58,796 nucleotides of DNA from a virus (lineage: Duplodnaviria; Caudoviricetes), in IMG/VR virus record IMGVR_UViG_3300042542_005195, positions 1 through 58,796 of that record; one strand, 5' to 3'. Under the pieces are notes generated by a model, which saw only the letters and a list, made by a program, of their open reading frames with translations, had not been told where the DNA came from and did no database searches. Position 1 is the first letter of the stretch. Each line of letters starts with the position of its first letter. Shown here piece after piece: positions 1-10,645 of the stretch. Made by a program: the position numbers and the translations under genes.

Positions 1-264
1 GTTAGGTCAAAAAGTGGATTGGCATTAAAAGAAGGTTTAATGGTATTAAACTCACCTGGCACGGTAGATAACGGATATACAGGTGAAGTACAAGTAATCA
101 TATTTAACACCAACAACCATGAGTATTCCATCAAAAAAGGAATGAAAGTCGCTCAAGGAGTATTTTCAAATGTGTTAAACGGAAACATAATTGAATTTAT
201 AAAAACAGATAAAATAGAAGATAAAGATAGAAATGCAAACGGTTTTGGTTCAACTGGAATCTGA
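1..264 (+). CDS. dut: dUTPase, 5'-truncated by window edge
   Basis: Frame is open from base 1 (VRSKSGLALK). Trimeric dUTPase motifs RSxSGL, GTVDNGYTGE and C-terminal RNANGFGSTG. Confidence 0.95.
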   Translation, partial: VRSKSGLALKEGLMVLNSPGTVDNGYTGEVQVIIFNTNNHEYSIKKGMKVAQGVFSNVLNGNIIEFIKTDKIEDKDRNANGFGSTGI

Positions 265-643
265 TAAAAGTCCAGTATTGTCATATAGTTTAAAAAATTA
301 TCTCATTGATATTGATGGGACAATAACGGAGGATGTTCCAAACGAACAATCCGAAAGAATGGGAACAGTAGAACCCTACGAAGGTTCTGTTGAAATGATT
401 AACACTTGGTATGGTGAAGGTCATATTATTACTTTTTTTACATCAAGAACTGATGAGCATGAATTGGTAACAAAACAATGGTTAGAAAAATGGGGATTCA
501 AATATCATAACATCTTGTTTAATAAACCAAGAGGCGGAAACTACCATTGGATTGATAACCATATTGTAAGAGCAACTCGTTATAATGGTAAGTGGTCAAA
601 ATTAATTAACAAAACACATAATATAGAAGTATTTGAAGAATGA
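233..643 (+). CDS. HAD-superfamily small phosphatase
   Basis: IDIDGTI motif I, FFTSR motif II, KPRGG...IDN. Resembles a Bacteroidota family I recall being annotated phosphoheptose isomerase (unverified). Confidence 0.75.
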   Translation: MQTVLVQLESDKSPVLSYSLKNYLIDIDGTITEDVPNEQSERMGTVEPYEGSVEMINTWYGEGHIITFFTSRTDEHELVTKQWLEKWGFKYHNILFNKPRGGNYHWIDNHIVRATRYNGKWSKLINKTHNIEVFEE

Positions 644-2298
644 TAACAATAGGTTATAGTACAAGAGTTTCAAATCCAAAGTTCTCACAATATTTGAGAC
701 AATCTTGCGGATTAAAAGGTGTCGAAATAATTGAGAAAGTTAATAATGGTGAAAAATCATTATCTCAGGTTTATAATGAGATAATTGATGAGTCATCAAA
801 TGATATTCTTGTTTTGTGTCATGATGACATATATTTTGATACAAATAGGTGGGGTAAAAAATTATTAAGGTCATTTGATAATCACTCAGATTATGGGATT
901 TTGGGAGTTGCGGGAAGTACTTATATGCCAAAATCGGGTCAATGGTGGGAGGATAGGTCCAAAATGTTTGGAGTAGTTAATCACGAACACGAAGGTAAAA
1001 AATGGGTCTCAAGATATTCTCAAAATGAAGAACACGAAGTTAAACAAACGGTTATTGTTGATGGTTTATTTATATCATTAAATAAGAATAAAATCAAAAA
1101 GAGGTTTGATGAAACTGTAGAGGGATTCCATTTTTATGATGTACAATTTACATTCCAAAACCATATAGAAGATGTTAAAGTTGGGGTTATTTTTAATGTT
1201 AGAATAACTCACAAATCAATTGGAATGACAAATGAAAAGTGGGAAAATAATAAACAAATTTTTGCAAACAAATATAAAGACATTTTACCCTTAAAAGTTA
1301 AAATAACCGAATCTGATAAATTAAAGGTCTTGATTGGGTGTTTATTTTTCCAAAAATTTACAGGTTCTGAAATGTATGTTTATGAATTATCAAAAAATTT
1401 AGTAAAATTAAACTGCGATGTTACAGTGGTTGCTTCAGAAACCAATGGTCCACTTGTCAGTATGGCGGAAAAAAATGGTGTCAAAGTAAAAAATATAAGA
1501 GAAACTCCAGGTTTTAAATTGGGTGATGGTAAATGGATGTTAAAAACCCAAAATGGTCAAGAAGTTTCAAAACCTAACCAATATTATAAAATGTCAGAAG
1601 TTAATTTTGATATTATTCATTGCCAACACAAACCAATAGTAGATATAATGAACATGTTGTATCCTAACATTGATAAGATATGCACAATACATTCAGAAGT
1701 TATAGATTTAGAAAATCCGGTAAAACATCAATCCATAAAAAAATACATAGCAATTAGGTCCGAAATAAAAGAACATATTGTAAATAATTTTCAAATAGAC
1801 GAAAAAGATGTTGATGTAATTTATAATCCTGTTGATGAGACAAAGTTTTACAATAAAAATTTACCATCAAAAAATTATATATTGTTCGTCGGTTCTATCG
1901 ATTATTTAAGAGAGAAAACTATACGAGATTTGATTGAATACTCTAAATCAGAAAACAAGGAATTATGGTTAGTTGGCGAGAATAAATCATCCTATCTAAA
2001 CGATATTTTGAAAAATGAACATGTAAAACATTTCAATCCAACATTAAATGTTGATAAATACATACATGAGTGTAGTGAGACCGCAGGAATATTGTTAGGT
2101 AGAACAACCATTGAAAGTTGGATGTGTGGTAAACCTAGTTGGATTTACAATGTCGATAAATTTGGTAATATTTTAGAGAAAAAACAATTTGAAGTACCTA
2201 ATGATATTTTTAAATTTAATTCTAAAAACGTCTGTGAAAATATAAAAAAACAATACATCAATAATATAAATTATGATAGTGTTAACAACAACCTATAA
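640..2298 (+). CDS. Two-domain glycosyltransferase (GT-A/GT2-like fused to GT-B/GT4-like)
   Basis: N-half has LCHDD and FDE...FHFYD. C-half has FTGSEMYVYEL, IYNPVD and GRTTIESWMCGKP. Confidence 0.85.
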   Translation: MITIGYSTRVSNPKFSQYLRQSCGLKGVEIIEKVNNGEKSLSQVYNEIIDESSNDILVLCHDDIYFDTNRWGKKLLRSFDNHSDYGILGVAGSTYMPKSGQWWEDRSKMFGVVNHEHEGKKWVSRYSQNEEHEVKQTVIVDGLFISLNKNKIKKRFDETVEGFHFYDVQFTFQNHIEDVKVGVIFNVRITHKSIGMTNEKWENNKQIFANKYKDILPLKVKITESDKLKVLIGCLFFQKFTGSEMYVYELSKNLVKLNCDVTVVASETNGPLVSMAEKNGVKVKNIRETPGFKLGDGKWMLKTQNGQEVSKPNQYYKMSEVNFDIIHCQHKPIVDIMNMLYPNIDKICTIHSEVIDLENPVKHQSIKKYIAIRSEIKEHIVNNFQIDEKDVDVIYNPVDETKFYNKNLPSKNYILFVGSIDYLREKTIRDLIEYSKSENKELWLVGENKSSYLNDILKNEHVKHFNPTLNVDKYIHECSETAGILLGRTTIESWMCGKPSWIYNVDKFGNILEKKQFEVPNDIFKFNSKNVCENIKKQYINNINYDSVNNNL

Positions 2299-2992
2299 TT
2301 GTGAAAATTATATCGATTTATGTCTTAACAGTTTAATGAGACAAAATTTCAAAAATTTCAAGTGTTACATTACCGATGATATGTCCACTGACGGAACTTT
2401 AGATAAAATTAAAAACAAAATAAATGGAGATGACAGATTTATTTTAATTCAAAATACCGAAAAACTATTCCAACCAGGAAACTACGACCAAGTATTAAGA
2501 GATAATAATAACATAGATGATTGGGAAGTATGTGTGGAGGTTGACGGTGACGATTGGTTACCTGATGAGTTTGTTTTGGATAGGGTAAATTCATTATATA
2601 ATAATAAAAAAATTTGGTTAGCAAATGGTAGTTTTATTTATAGTGACGGCAGGTCTGGGTTTGCAAAACCATACTCAAGTTTTGATAATATTAGGGAAGA
2701 AGTTTTTACATTAACACATTTAAGAACTTGGAGGGTTTTTTTGTGGAGAAATATTCTACAACAAGATTTAAAAGATGAAAACGGTTCATACTGGAGTGTG
2801 TCTGGCGATTTGTCATTCATGTATCCCATGGCAGAAATGTGTGGAATAGAACACTACAGATTTATGAAAGATATAAATTATATATATAATGAACATAATC
2901 CACTGAACGACCACAAAATTAATTTAGGTTTAGTTTCAGCAACGACACAAAAAATAAGGAAAATGAATCCATATAACAAGTTAATTTTATAA
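2273..2992 (+). CDS. GT2 glycosyltransferase
   Basis: TTYN, DDMSTDGT and VDGDD motifs. Confidence 0.9.
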   Translation: MIVLTTTYNCENYIDLCLNSLMRQNFKNFKCYITDDMSTDGTLDKIKNKINGDDRFILIQNTEKLFQPGNYDQVLRDNNNIDDWEVCVEVDGDDWLPDEFVLDRVNSLYNNKKIWLANGSFIYSDGRSGFAKPYSSFDNIREEVFTLTHLRTWRVFLWRNILQQDLKDENGSYWSVSGDLSFMYPMAEMCGIEHYRFMKDINYIYNEHNPLNDHKINLGLVSATTQKIRKMNPYNKLIL

Positions 2993-2997
2993 AAAAT

Positions 2998-3792
2998 ATG
3001 AACAGAACGAATTTAGTAGGCACTATTGATAATAAATTTTCAGAACAGAAAAAACAAGTTTGTATATTTGCTGATAACTTTGATTTCAATCACGTACTTT
3101 TGGAAAGTGCGGATGTAAAAGTTTTTTTGCAATGCGAACCTAAACAGTTCAATAGAATGAACCTTGTATTACAAAATCATGAAAAATTTGATTTGATTTT
3201 GACTCACCAAGATGAAATATTAACTAATTGCAGTAATTCATTGGTTTTTCCTTGGGGTGATTGTTGGATTTCAGAAGAAGACCAACAAATACATAATAAA
3301 AGTGAATTATTTTCGATAATTGCTTCACCTAAAAGACATACCAGGGGACATCAGTTGAGACACGAAGTTATAAAATTAAATAATTCCAATTTAACGGCGT
3401 TTGGTCCCGAATATAATGATATAGGAAGTGAATTGAAATCGAAAATCAAGGCCAGCAAAAATTTTGCTTTTCAGGTAGTCATTGAAAATGAATCTTGGGA
3501 AAATTGTTTCACAGAAAAATTAATTGATAGTTTAAGAACTGGTTGTATCCCAATTTATTGGGGATGTACTAATATAGAAGATTTTTTTGATGTTAGAGGT
3601 TTTTTTGTTGTTAATAATTTGGAAGAAATTAATTTTCTTCTAAATAATCTTACTTTTGAAGATTACAATTCTCGAATTGAATATGTAAAAACCAATTACG
3701 AAATATCAAAAAAATATTTATCAATATACAAAAGAGTTGACAATATTATTTCAGACTTTATAAACCAAAAATATAATTTTGATGACAATTGA
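2998..3792 (+). CDS. GT10-like (alpha-1,3-fucosyltransferase-type) glycosyltransferase
   Basis: FQVVIEN...FTEKLIDSLRTGCIPIYWG matches the GT10 motif. Confidence 0.8.
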   Translation: MNRTNLVGTIDNKFSEQKKQVCIFADNFDFNHVLLESADVKVFLQCEPKQFNRMNLVLQNHEKFDLILTHQDEILTNCSNSLVFPWGDCWISEEDQQIHNKSELFSIIASPKRHTRGHQLRHEVIKLNNSNLTAFGPEYNDIGSELKSKIKASKNFAFQVVIENESWENCFTEKLIDSLRTGCIPIYWGCTNIEDFFDVRGFFVVNNLEEINFLLNNLTFEDYNSRIEYVKTNYEISKKYLSIYKRVDNIISDFINQKYNFDDN

Positions 3793-3977
3793 AATTGTAA
3801 TTTTATTTTACATTGTTAAAACCTATGAATGTTTTCAAGTCTGTCTATTTTAGATATCAACTTATTTTACAAAAATAATCTATTATATTATTTATTGATA
3901 AATAAAATATAGTCATAATTGGACATTTCAGAAGTCAAACATAACAACAAAAAAAATTATAAAATTTATAACTCATT

Positions 3978-4664
3978 ATGAAAGTTTCTATTTGCATACC
4001 TACTTGGGAGCAACATGGGTATGGAGTTTTTTTCTTAAAAAATTTATTAGACACCATAAAAAATCAATCCTATCAAGATTTAGAAATTATAATATCAGAC
4101 CATAGTGATGACTATGAAATTAAAAATTTATCAAAATCTTATTCAGAACTTTTAGATGTAAAATATATAAAAAATAATAACCTAAAAGGTAATAGCCCAC
4201 ATAATACAAATCAAAGTATAAGATATGCCACAGGTGAGATAATTAAAATAATGTTTCAGGACGATTTCTTTGTAGATGAAAATGCACTAAAAATCATCAA
4301 TGAAAAATTCTTAAATAACAAAACAATGTGGGTGGTTAATGGATGTAATCATACTAATGATGGTTTGAACTTTTATGGTGAAATGACACCACAATGGAAT
4401 GATAGATTAATTTTTGGAGTAAACACAATAAGTTCTCCTTCTGTTTTAAGTTTCAGGAATCAAAATGTTTCTTTTTTTGATGAAAATCTTACAATGTTAA
4501 TGGACTGTGAATACTATTATCAACTTTATTTGAAATATGGTGAGCCTACCGTTTTGAACGAAACATTAATTAGTAATAGAATTCATCAATTTCAAATTAG
4601 TACCAATTACGAGGGTAATATTAATGAAGAGATAAACTACATTAAAAAAAAATATAAATGGTAA
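3978..4664 (+). CDS. GT2 glycosyltransferase
   Basis: VSICIPT, ISDHS and FQDD motifs. Confidence 0.9.
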   Translation: MKVSICIPTWEQHGYGVFFLKNLLDTIKNQSYQDLEIIISDHSDDYEIKNLSKSYSELLDVKYIKNNNLKGNSPHNTNQSIRYATGEIIKIMFQDDFFVDENALKIINEKFLNNKTMWVVNGCNHTNDGLNFYGEMTPQWNDRLIFGVNTISSPSVLSFRNQNVSFFDENLTMLMDCEYYYQLYLKYGEPTVLNETLISNRIHQFQISTNYEGNINEEINYIKKKYKW

Positions 4665-5428
4665 CTTGTAGTTTGATGGGGGGTCTCGGTAATTACATGT
4701 TTCAAATTGCCACGACATTATCGGTGTCAATAGACAATTCTATTGAATATTTTTTTAATATAAACTCAGTATCTAAAGCACATAACCACATAAATACATA
4801 TACTCAAAATATTTTTAGAAAAGTAAAATTTGTAGAACATGTTTTACCAATAGAAAATGTTTATGCTGAACCATTTTTTCATTATAATAAAATATCCTAT
4901 AAAAATAACTTATTATTACAGGGGTACTTCCAAAGTGAAAAATATTTCAAACATAATACAGAAAAAATAGTTGATTTGTTTGAGATAGATGTCTCTTCAA
5001 AAAAATATATAGAAGATAAATATGGTACTTTGTTAAAAAATAATACATGTTCATTACATGTTAGAAGGGGGGATTATTTAGGATTACCTGATTTTCACCC
5101 TTCATGTGATATTGATTATTACAAACAAGCAATGGATTTTTTTGATGATGATACACTATTTCTAATATCATCTGACGATATTTTATGGTGTAAAAAAAAT
5201 TTAATTAAAAAAAATATAATTTATTTGGAAAACAATATCGACTATTTAGATTTGTGGATAATGTCATTATGTAAAAATAATATCATTGCAAATTCTACTT
5301 TTTCTTGGTGGTCGGCATGGTTAAACCAAAATGAATCAAAAAAAGTGATTGCGCCTATAAAATGGTTTGGTAAATCTTTACCACTAAACACTGAGGATTT
5401 GATACCGAAGGAATGGATAAAAATTTAA
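4658..5428 (+). CDS. GT11 alpha-1,2-fucosyl/colitosyltransferase
   Basis: GGLGNYMFQ, GYFQSEKYF, HVRRGDY and NSTFSWW motifs. Confidence 0.92.
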   Translation: MVTCSLMGGLGNYMFQIATTLSVSIDNSIEYFFNINSVSKAHNHINTYTQNIFRKVKFVEHVLPIENVYAEPFFHYNKISYKNNLLLQGYFQSEKYFKHNTEKIVDLFEIDVSSKKYIEDKYGTLLKNNTCSLHVRRGDYLGLPDFHPSCDIDYYKQAMDFFDDDTLFLISSDDILWCKKNLIKKNIIYLENNIDYLDLWIMSLCKNNIIANSTFSWWSAWLNQNESKKVIAPIKWFGKSLPLNTEDLIPKEWIKI

Positions 5429-5432
5429 AAAA

Positions 5433-5594
5433 CTTGATAAATTACGTCAAATATTCTATAATTTAGATTATAGTTGTTATGAAAGTAAATTAAGGTCAAT
5501 TAATCACAATTATAATATATCAAAATAATATTTTGACTTCCATGTCAGAATAAAATCATAAATAAAAGAATTTATTCGAAGTGTAAAAAAATGA
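5433..5594 (+). pseudogene. Relic 3' end of a GT10-like paralog
   Basis: Frame reads LDKLRQIFYNLDYSCYESKLRSINHNYNISK*YFDFHVRIKS*IKEFIRSVKK*, colinear without gaps with the C-terminus of 2998..3792. It has two internal TAA codons, and its TGA overlaps the ATG at 5591. Confidence 0.65.
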
Positions 5595-6493
5595 GGGTGT
5601 GTGTTATAGGTGGTGCCGGTTTTATAGGGCACCACATTGTTAATAAATTTCTGTCTTTAAATCACGAAGTATTAGTAATAGACGATTTGAGTACTGGTAA
5701 GTTAGAAAATTTACCAATTGAATGTGAGTTTATTAAATTGGATATTTCCGAAGTTAATATTGACACATTAACTAAACACTTAGAAAATATTGACTTGGTT
5801 TACCATACGGCTGCTAAAGCACGTGTTCAACCTTCAATAGAAGACCCTCTTTTATATAATAAAAAAAATGTAGATTCGACATTAAAAGTTCTTATATCTA
5901 GTCATAAGGCAAAGGTTAAAAGAGTCATTTATTCGGCATCTAGTAGCGTATATGGTAATACCGACAATTTTCCTACAACAGAGGATACTAAAACTAATCC
6001 ATTGAGCCCGTATGGATTACAAAAATTCATCGGGGAACAATACTGTAAGTTATTTTCAGAACTTTATGGGTTAGATACGGTCTCGTTGAGATATTTTAAC
6101 GTGTACGGTGAAGGTATGTTAGACGAAGGAGCATATTGCACTGTAATTGGTATTTTTGGTAAACACTATCGTGAAAATAAAAAATTACCAATCACAAATA
6201 ATGGAGAACAAAGAAGAGATTTTACTTATGTTGGAGATGTTGTTGAAGCGAACTATTTAGTAGGTATGTCCGAATCTAAATTACATGGGGATGCCTTCAA
6301 CGTTGGGAATGGAAAAAACTATAGCATTAATCAAATCGCAGAATTATTCGAAACAGAAACTGAGTTTATTGGAAATAGAATCGAGCCGTACCAAACCTTA
6401 GCCGACAACTCCAAAATTAAAAATAAATTCGGTTGGCAACCAAAAGGAGATGTTATTACTTGGGTTAAAAAGTATAAAAGTAAAATTAAATAA
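5591..6493 (+). CDS. NAD-dependent nucleotide-sugar epimerase/dehydratase (extended SDR)
   Basis: GGAGFIG, YGLQK (YxxxK), RYFNVYG and RDFTYV. Confidence 0.92.
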   Translation: MRVCVIGGAGFIGHHIVNKFLSLNHEVLVIDDLSTGKLENLPIECEFIKLDISEVNIDTLTKHLENIDLVYHTAAKARVQPSIEDPLLYNKKNVDSTLKVLISSHKAKVKRVIYSASSSVYGNTDNFPTTEDTKTNPLSPYGLQKFIGEQYCKLFSELYGLDTVSLRYFNVYGEGMLDEGAYCTVIGIFGKHYRENKKLPITNNGEQRRDFTYVGDVVEANYLVGMSESKLHGDAFNVGNGKNYSINQIAELFETETEFIGNRIEPYQTLADNSKIKNKFGWQPKGDVITWVKKYKSKIK

Positions 6494-6494
6494 A

Positions 6495-7169
6495 ATGAAG
6501 ATAGCAATTTTAACCTCAAAATTTGGTCATGGATTAAAGTTACGAGACCCTAATATTAAATTTGAAAATGTTGATTATTTTGCATTTGTAGATAAAACAA
6601 ATAATGATTGTAGAATATGGAACCAAGTAGAATCTTTGGATTATAGTTTGGATGAAAGATTTAAAGACAGAAGAAATGCTAAAATATATAAAGTTATGCC
6701 GCATCTTTTTTTACCTGATTATGATTATTGGTTTTGGGTCGACTTGACTCATGAGGTAATTATGAATCCTTTTGAAGTTATAAAAAATTTTTTAGTAGAT
6801 GAAGAAATTGGTCTATGGAATCACACTTCAAGAAAATGTATTTACCAAGAAGCGGATGCTGTAAGTCTTTATGGTTATGACCATAAAGATTTGTTAGATG
6901 CTCAAGTACAATATTATAAAAATAACGGTTATCCTGAAAATAACGGTCTATTTGAATTACCTGTCAGTATTAGAAAAAATACAGAAAAAATTAAAATCTT
7001 AAATTTAAGATGGTGGGAACAAATATGTAGATTCTCCTCAAGGGACCAAATAAGTCTTCCATTTGTTTTGTGGAAAACCAACATAAAGCCAAAAATACTT
7101 CCAGGATGGGCTAATGGGGGATTCAATCAAAATTCAATAATGCCTCAAGTAAGAAATAAAGGAGAATAA
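6495..7169 (+). CDS. DUF616/TOD1-MUCI70-like glycosyltransferase
   Basis: K.MPH.FLP, WVD, H..R.C.YQEA and SSRDQISLPFVLWK. Start moved to the ATG at 6495. Confidence 0.75.
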   Translation: MKIAILTSKFGHGLKLRDPNIKFENVDYFAFVDKTNNDCRIWNQVESLDYSLDERFKDRRNAKIYKVMPHLFLPDYDYWFWVDLTHEVIMNPFEVIKNFLVDEEIGLWNHTSRKCIYQEADAVSLYGYDHKDLLDAQVQYYKNNGYPENNGLFELPVSIRKNTEKIKILNLRWWEQICRFSSRDQISLPFVLWKTNIKPKILPGWANGGFNQNSIMPQVRNKGE

Positions 7170-7170
7170 T

Positions 7171-8496
7171 ATGTGTAGTTTTATTTTTTCAAACAAAGAA
7201 ATAATAGATATTGATAATGTCAATTATTTCAATAAATTCAGAGGTCCTGATAACACAAATCTATTTAAAAAAAATGGTTACACTTTTTTACATAACTTAC
7301 TTAGTATAACTGGCGAATTTAAAATACAGCCATTTGTAGATGATAACATAGTTTGTTTATATAATGGCGAAATTTATAATTTTGAAGAATTTGGTAACTT
7401 TAAATCAGACGGAGAATGTTTAATACCTCTTTATAAAAAAGAAGGTGTTAGTTTTATAAAAAAATTGGATGGTGAATTTGCAGTAACTTTGGTGGACTTC
7501 GATAAAAATTTGGTAGTCATATCAACGGACACCTTTAAAACCAAACCAATTTTCTACACACTAACCGACGGTATTGGTGTATCATCTTACAGTGAACCAT
7601 TAAAAAGACTTGGTTACAACAATGTTTCCAAAATGGAACCTAACACAACTTTGGTAATTAATTTAACAACCAAACAAATTATTGAGAAACATTCAGTGCA
7701 TGATTTTGACATAAACAATCAAAATAAGAGCAGTTATGATGATTGGGTTACCGCATTTGAAAACTCAATAAGAAAAAGAACAAATAAAATTCGTGAAAAA
7801 GTTTTTATAGGGTTGAGTGGTGGTTATGATAGCGGTTCAATATGTTGTGAATTGTTAAATCAAAATGTTGTGTTTAAGACATATTCTGTTATAGGTAACG
7901 AAAATCAAAAAATTTTAGATGCAAGAATATCGTTATTGAAAAATAACGAACATAAGTTTCTAACAAAAAACCAAGATGAGGTTATTATTGCTTATGAATA
8001 TATAAAAAAATCAACCGAACCGTTCAAATACCTAACATATTCTAAATCTAGTGATTATAATGAGTTCTGGTTGTCGTTAATTGATGACAACGGCGCTAAA
8101 CATTTATCGCATGTGTGTAGACATGCTAAAGAAGATGGAAAAAAAATACTTTTATCAGGGCAAGGTGCTGACGAAATATTTTCCGACTATGGTTTCGACG
8201 GTAGAAAAATATACAACCACAGTAATTTTGGAGGTAAATATCCAAAGGATTTGAATGAGATATTTCCATGGCCTAGTTTTTTTAATAGTTCTATGGAATC
8301 GTATATCGCTAAAGAAGAATATGTTGCCGGCTCATATGGAATAGAATCAAGATATCCATTTTTGGATTTGAATGTTGTCCAAGAATTCCTTTGGTTAAAA
8401 CCTGAACTTAAAAATTTACATTATAAATCTGTTCTTTATTATTATCTTACAAAAAATAATTACCCTTTTACTGAAAATGAAAAGATTGGATTTTAA
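7171..8496 (+). CDS. Asparagine synthase-like glutamine amidotransferase (probably sugar/glycan amidation)
   Basis: N-terminal Cys2, RGPD, NGEIYN, LSGGYDS, SGQGADE and RYPFLD. Confidence 0.88.
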   Translation: MCSFIFSNKEIIDIDNVNYFNKFRGPDNTNLFKKNGYTFLHNLLSITGEFKIQPFVDDNIVCLYNGEIYNFEEFGNFKSDGECLIPLYKKEGVSFIKKLDGEFAVTLVDFDKNLVVISTDTFKTKPIFYTLTDGIGVSSYSEPLKRLGYNNVSKMEPNTTLVINLTTKQIIEKHSVHDFDINNQNKSSYDDWVTAFENSIRKRTNKIREKVFIGLSGGYDSGSICCELLNQNVVFKTYSVIGNENQKILDARISLLKNNEHKFLTKNQDEVIIAYEYIKKSTEPFKYLTYSKSSDYNEFWLSLIDDNGAKHLSHVCRHAKEDGKKILLSGQGADEIFSDYGFDGRKIYNHSNFGGKYPKDLNEIFPWPSFFNSSMESYIAKEEYVAGSYGIESRYPFLDLNVVQEFLWLKPELKNLHYKSVLYYYLTKNNYPFTENEKIGF

Positions 8497-8504
8497 AAAA
8501 AATT

Positions 8505-9080
8505 ATGAAAGAATTTGAAAAATATAAAGAAATATATTCTGGTTTAGTTGGCGAAGATTACCAAAAAACACACGGAGAGGGTTACGGTAGAGGTTTTTGG
8601 GGTGAAAATGCTATCAATTTTATTTTGAATGAGAGCCCCAAGTCGGTCTTGGATGTTGGTTGTGGTTATGGACGATTTTGTGACGCAATATCCGATAAGG
8701 TTGATTCTGTGTATGGTCTTGACATTGCCAGTGTAATAACAGATAATGTCATAAAAAATTCTAACATAAAATTTATGCACGGTGAGGCCAAAAATTTACC
8801 GTTCGAAAATAATAGTGTAGAGTGGATAACATCCTTCGATTGTTTAGAACACTGTCTGACCGAGGACATTGACAAAATATTTGATGAGTTTGATAGAGTG
8901 TCAACAAAAGGATGGGTATTATCAATCTCATATTTACCTGATGCCCACAAAGATACAATATTACATATGACCGTTCAACCGGAAAATTGGTGGATTGAAA
9001 AAATAGAAAAATATGGAAAAGTGACTTTAGGTGAATTAATCGGAAACTCCAATAATAGGTACATTATATTAAAAAAATAA
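8505..9080 (+). CDS. Class I SAM-dependent methyltransferase
   Basis: VLDVGCGYG, LPF and DCLEH motifs. Confidence 0.88.
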   Translation: MKEFEKYKEIYSGLVGEDYQKTHGEGYGRGFWGENAINFILNESPKSVLDVGCGYGRFCDAISDKVDSVYGLDIASVITDNVIKNSNIKFMHGEAKNLPFENNSVEWITSFDCLEHCLTEDIDKIFDEFDRVSTKGWVLSISYLPDAHKDTILHMTVQPENWWIEKIEKYGKVTLGELIGNSNNRYIILKK

Positions 9081-9083
9081 ATT

Positions 9084-9812
9084 ATGGATGAAAATAGTTT
9101 GAGATTGATTGAGAATGAATTTGGTACAACTTCATTCAAATTTTTTGATAAAATTATCAAATCGATTCAAAATGGTAAATTAATTGATATTGGTGTCTAT
9201 CAGGGCGCTAGTTCTAAATTAATGATTGATTCATGTTTGAATAATAATAATATAATTTATGGAATTGACCCAATACCATACTTCAATAGTAACAATCCAA
9301 ATTATAATTATTTAAAAGAAGATTCTGTACATGTTGGTCAGAATTGGAAAAGTGGTGAAGTGAATTTGGTTTTTTTTGATTCTGTACACGCTAAAGAACA
9401 AGTGCTTTGTGAACTTTACTATTGGTGGGATTTGATAGCCGAAGGCGGATTTGCGATATTTCATGATACAAGTTGGGAAGGATACGTACACAAAAAAGGG
9501 CATCCTTGTGAAGGTAAATTTACTGGTAACTCCGGATTAGGATATGACACATATGGAGGTATCAATTGGGAAACACCAGACAAAGCAATTAATGAGTTTT
9601 TCAAAATAGAATTAAATGGTGATATGAGGAACATAACTTCACAGGAAGTATATAAAATATACGAAGATGACTTCATTTTAGTTGAAACTATTTACTGTGA
9701 CTTGGGAATGACATTCATAACCAAAAAAAAACATAAAAATTTTAAATTGAATATTAATAATTGGGGTGAGATATTCAATAAAAGAAAAATTTTATTGTCC
9801 TATTTCAAATAA
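9084..9812 (+). CDS. Class I methyltransferase (Methyltransf_24-like)
   Basis: DIGVYQGAS, GIDP, FFDSVH and GG.AIFHDT. Confidence 0.8.
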   Translation: MDENSLRLIENEFGTTSFKFFDKIIKSIQNGKLIDIGVYQGASSKLMIDSCLNNNNIIYGIDPIPYFNSNNPNYNYLKEDSVHVGQNWKSGEVNLVFFDSVHAKEQVLCELYYWWDLIAEGGFAIFHDTSWEGYVHKKGHPCEGKFTGNSGLGYDTYGGINWETPDKAINEFFKIELNGDMRNITSQEVYKIYEDDFILVETIYCDLGMTFITKKKHKNFKLNINNWGEIFNKRKILLSYFK

Positions 9813-9814
9813 TT

Positions 9815-10645
9815 ATGTCTTATATTATAAATTACTCTTCCGGTGGGTTAGGTAATAGACTTATTCCATTATCCTGTGTAATCGAATTTGCCAATAAAAC
9901 TAATAGAGAAGTTGGAATAATTTGGCCTAAAACCTTGAGATGTATGGCAAATTTTAACTCTCTATTTGATAATAATTTCAAATTTTTTGAAATACCAAAC
10001 TTAGACCCTACGGATACTGTAATATATTCACAAAGAGAATTTATAGAACATGATGCAAATCTCAATAATAACATAGACTTATTAGAATTATCAAAAAAAT
10101 GTGATTTCAAATCTTTAAATTTGATGAGTCATTTAGAAAAAGAAAATAAAAAAAACATAATTATATATCACAATACGTCATTTATAAGTGACGAACTTAT
10201 ATCTAATCAACTAAAACAACTAAAACCAACAAAATACGTATTATCTGAGGTTGATGATTTTTGCAAAAAGAACTTAATAGATTCGAATGTAGTTGGGATT
10301 CACGCTAGAAGCACTGATTTTGTAAATTCCAATTTGTCTGACTATACTGATAAAATAATCAATTCTATAAAAAATAATAGTCAAATAAAAATATTATTTT
10401 GTTCTGATAATGTGAATTGGGAAAGACATGTTAAAATATCATTCCCAAACAATATAATTATACGAGAAAAAAAGAGTTTTGTTGAAAAACACGATATACA
10501 TCGGAGTTGGATAAATAATGTATTAACAACTGAAGAAAGTGTTGTTGAAGGTTTAATCGATATCTACCTTTTGTCGAAAACAAATTTTTTACATTACAAT
10601 CCTGAAAGCACTTTTGCAAAAATTGTAAAATTATTGAAATTATGA
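9815..10645 (+). CDS. Fucosyltransferase-fold glycosyltransferase (NodZ/GT23-like)
   Basis: GGLGNRL, GIHARSTD, CSD and DIYLLSK...STF. Confidence 0.72.
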   Translation: MSYIINYSSGGLGNRLIPLSCVIEFANKTNREVGIIWPKTLRCMANFNSLFDNNFKFFEIPNLDPTDTVIYSQREFIEHDANLNNNIDLLELSKKCDFKSLNLMSHLEKENKKNIIIYHNTSFISDELISNQLKQLKPTKYVLSEVDDFCKKNLIDSNVVGIHARSTDFVNSNLSDYTDKIINSIKNNSQIKILFCSDNVNWERHVKISFPNNIIIREKKSFVEKHDIHRSWINNVLTTEESVVEGLIDIYLLSKTNFLHYNPESTFAKIVKLLKL

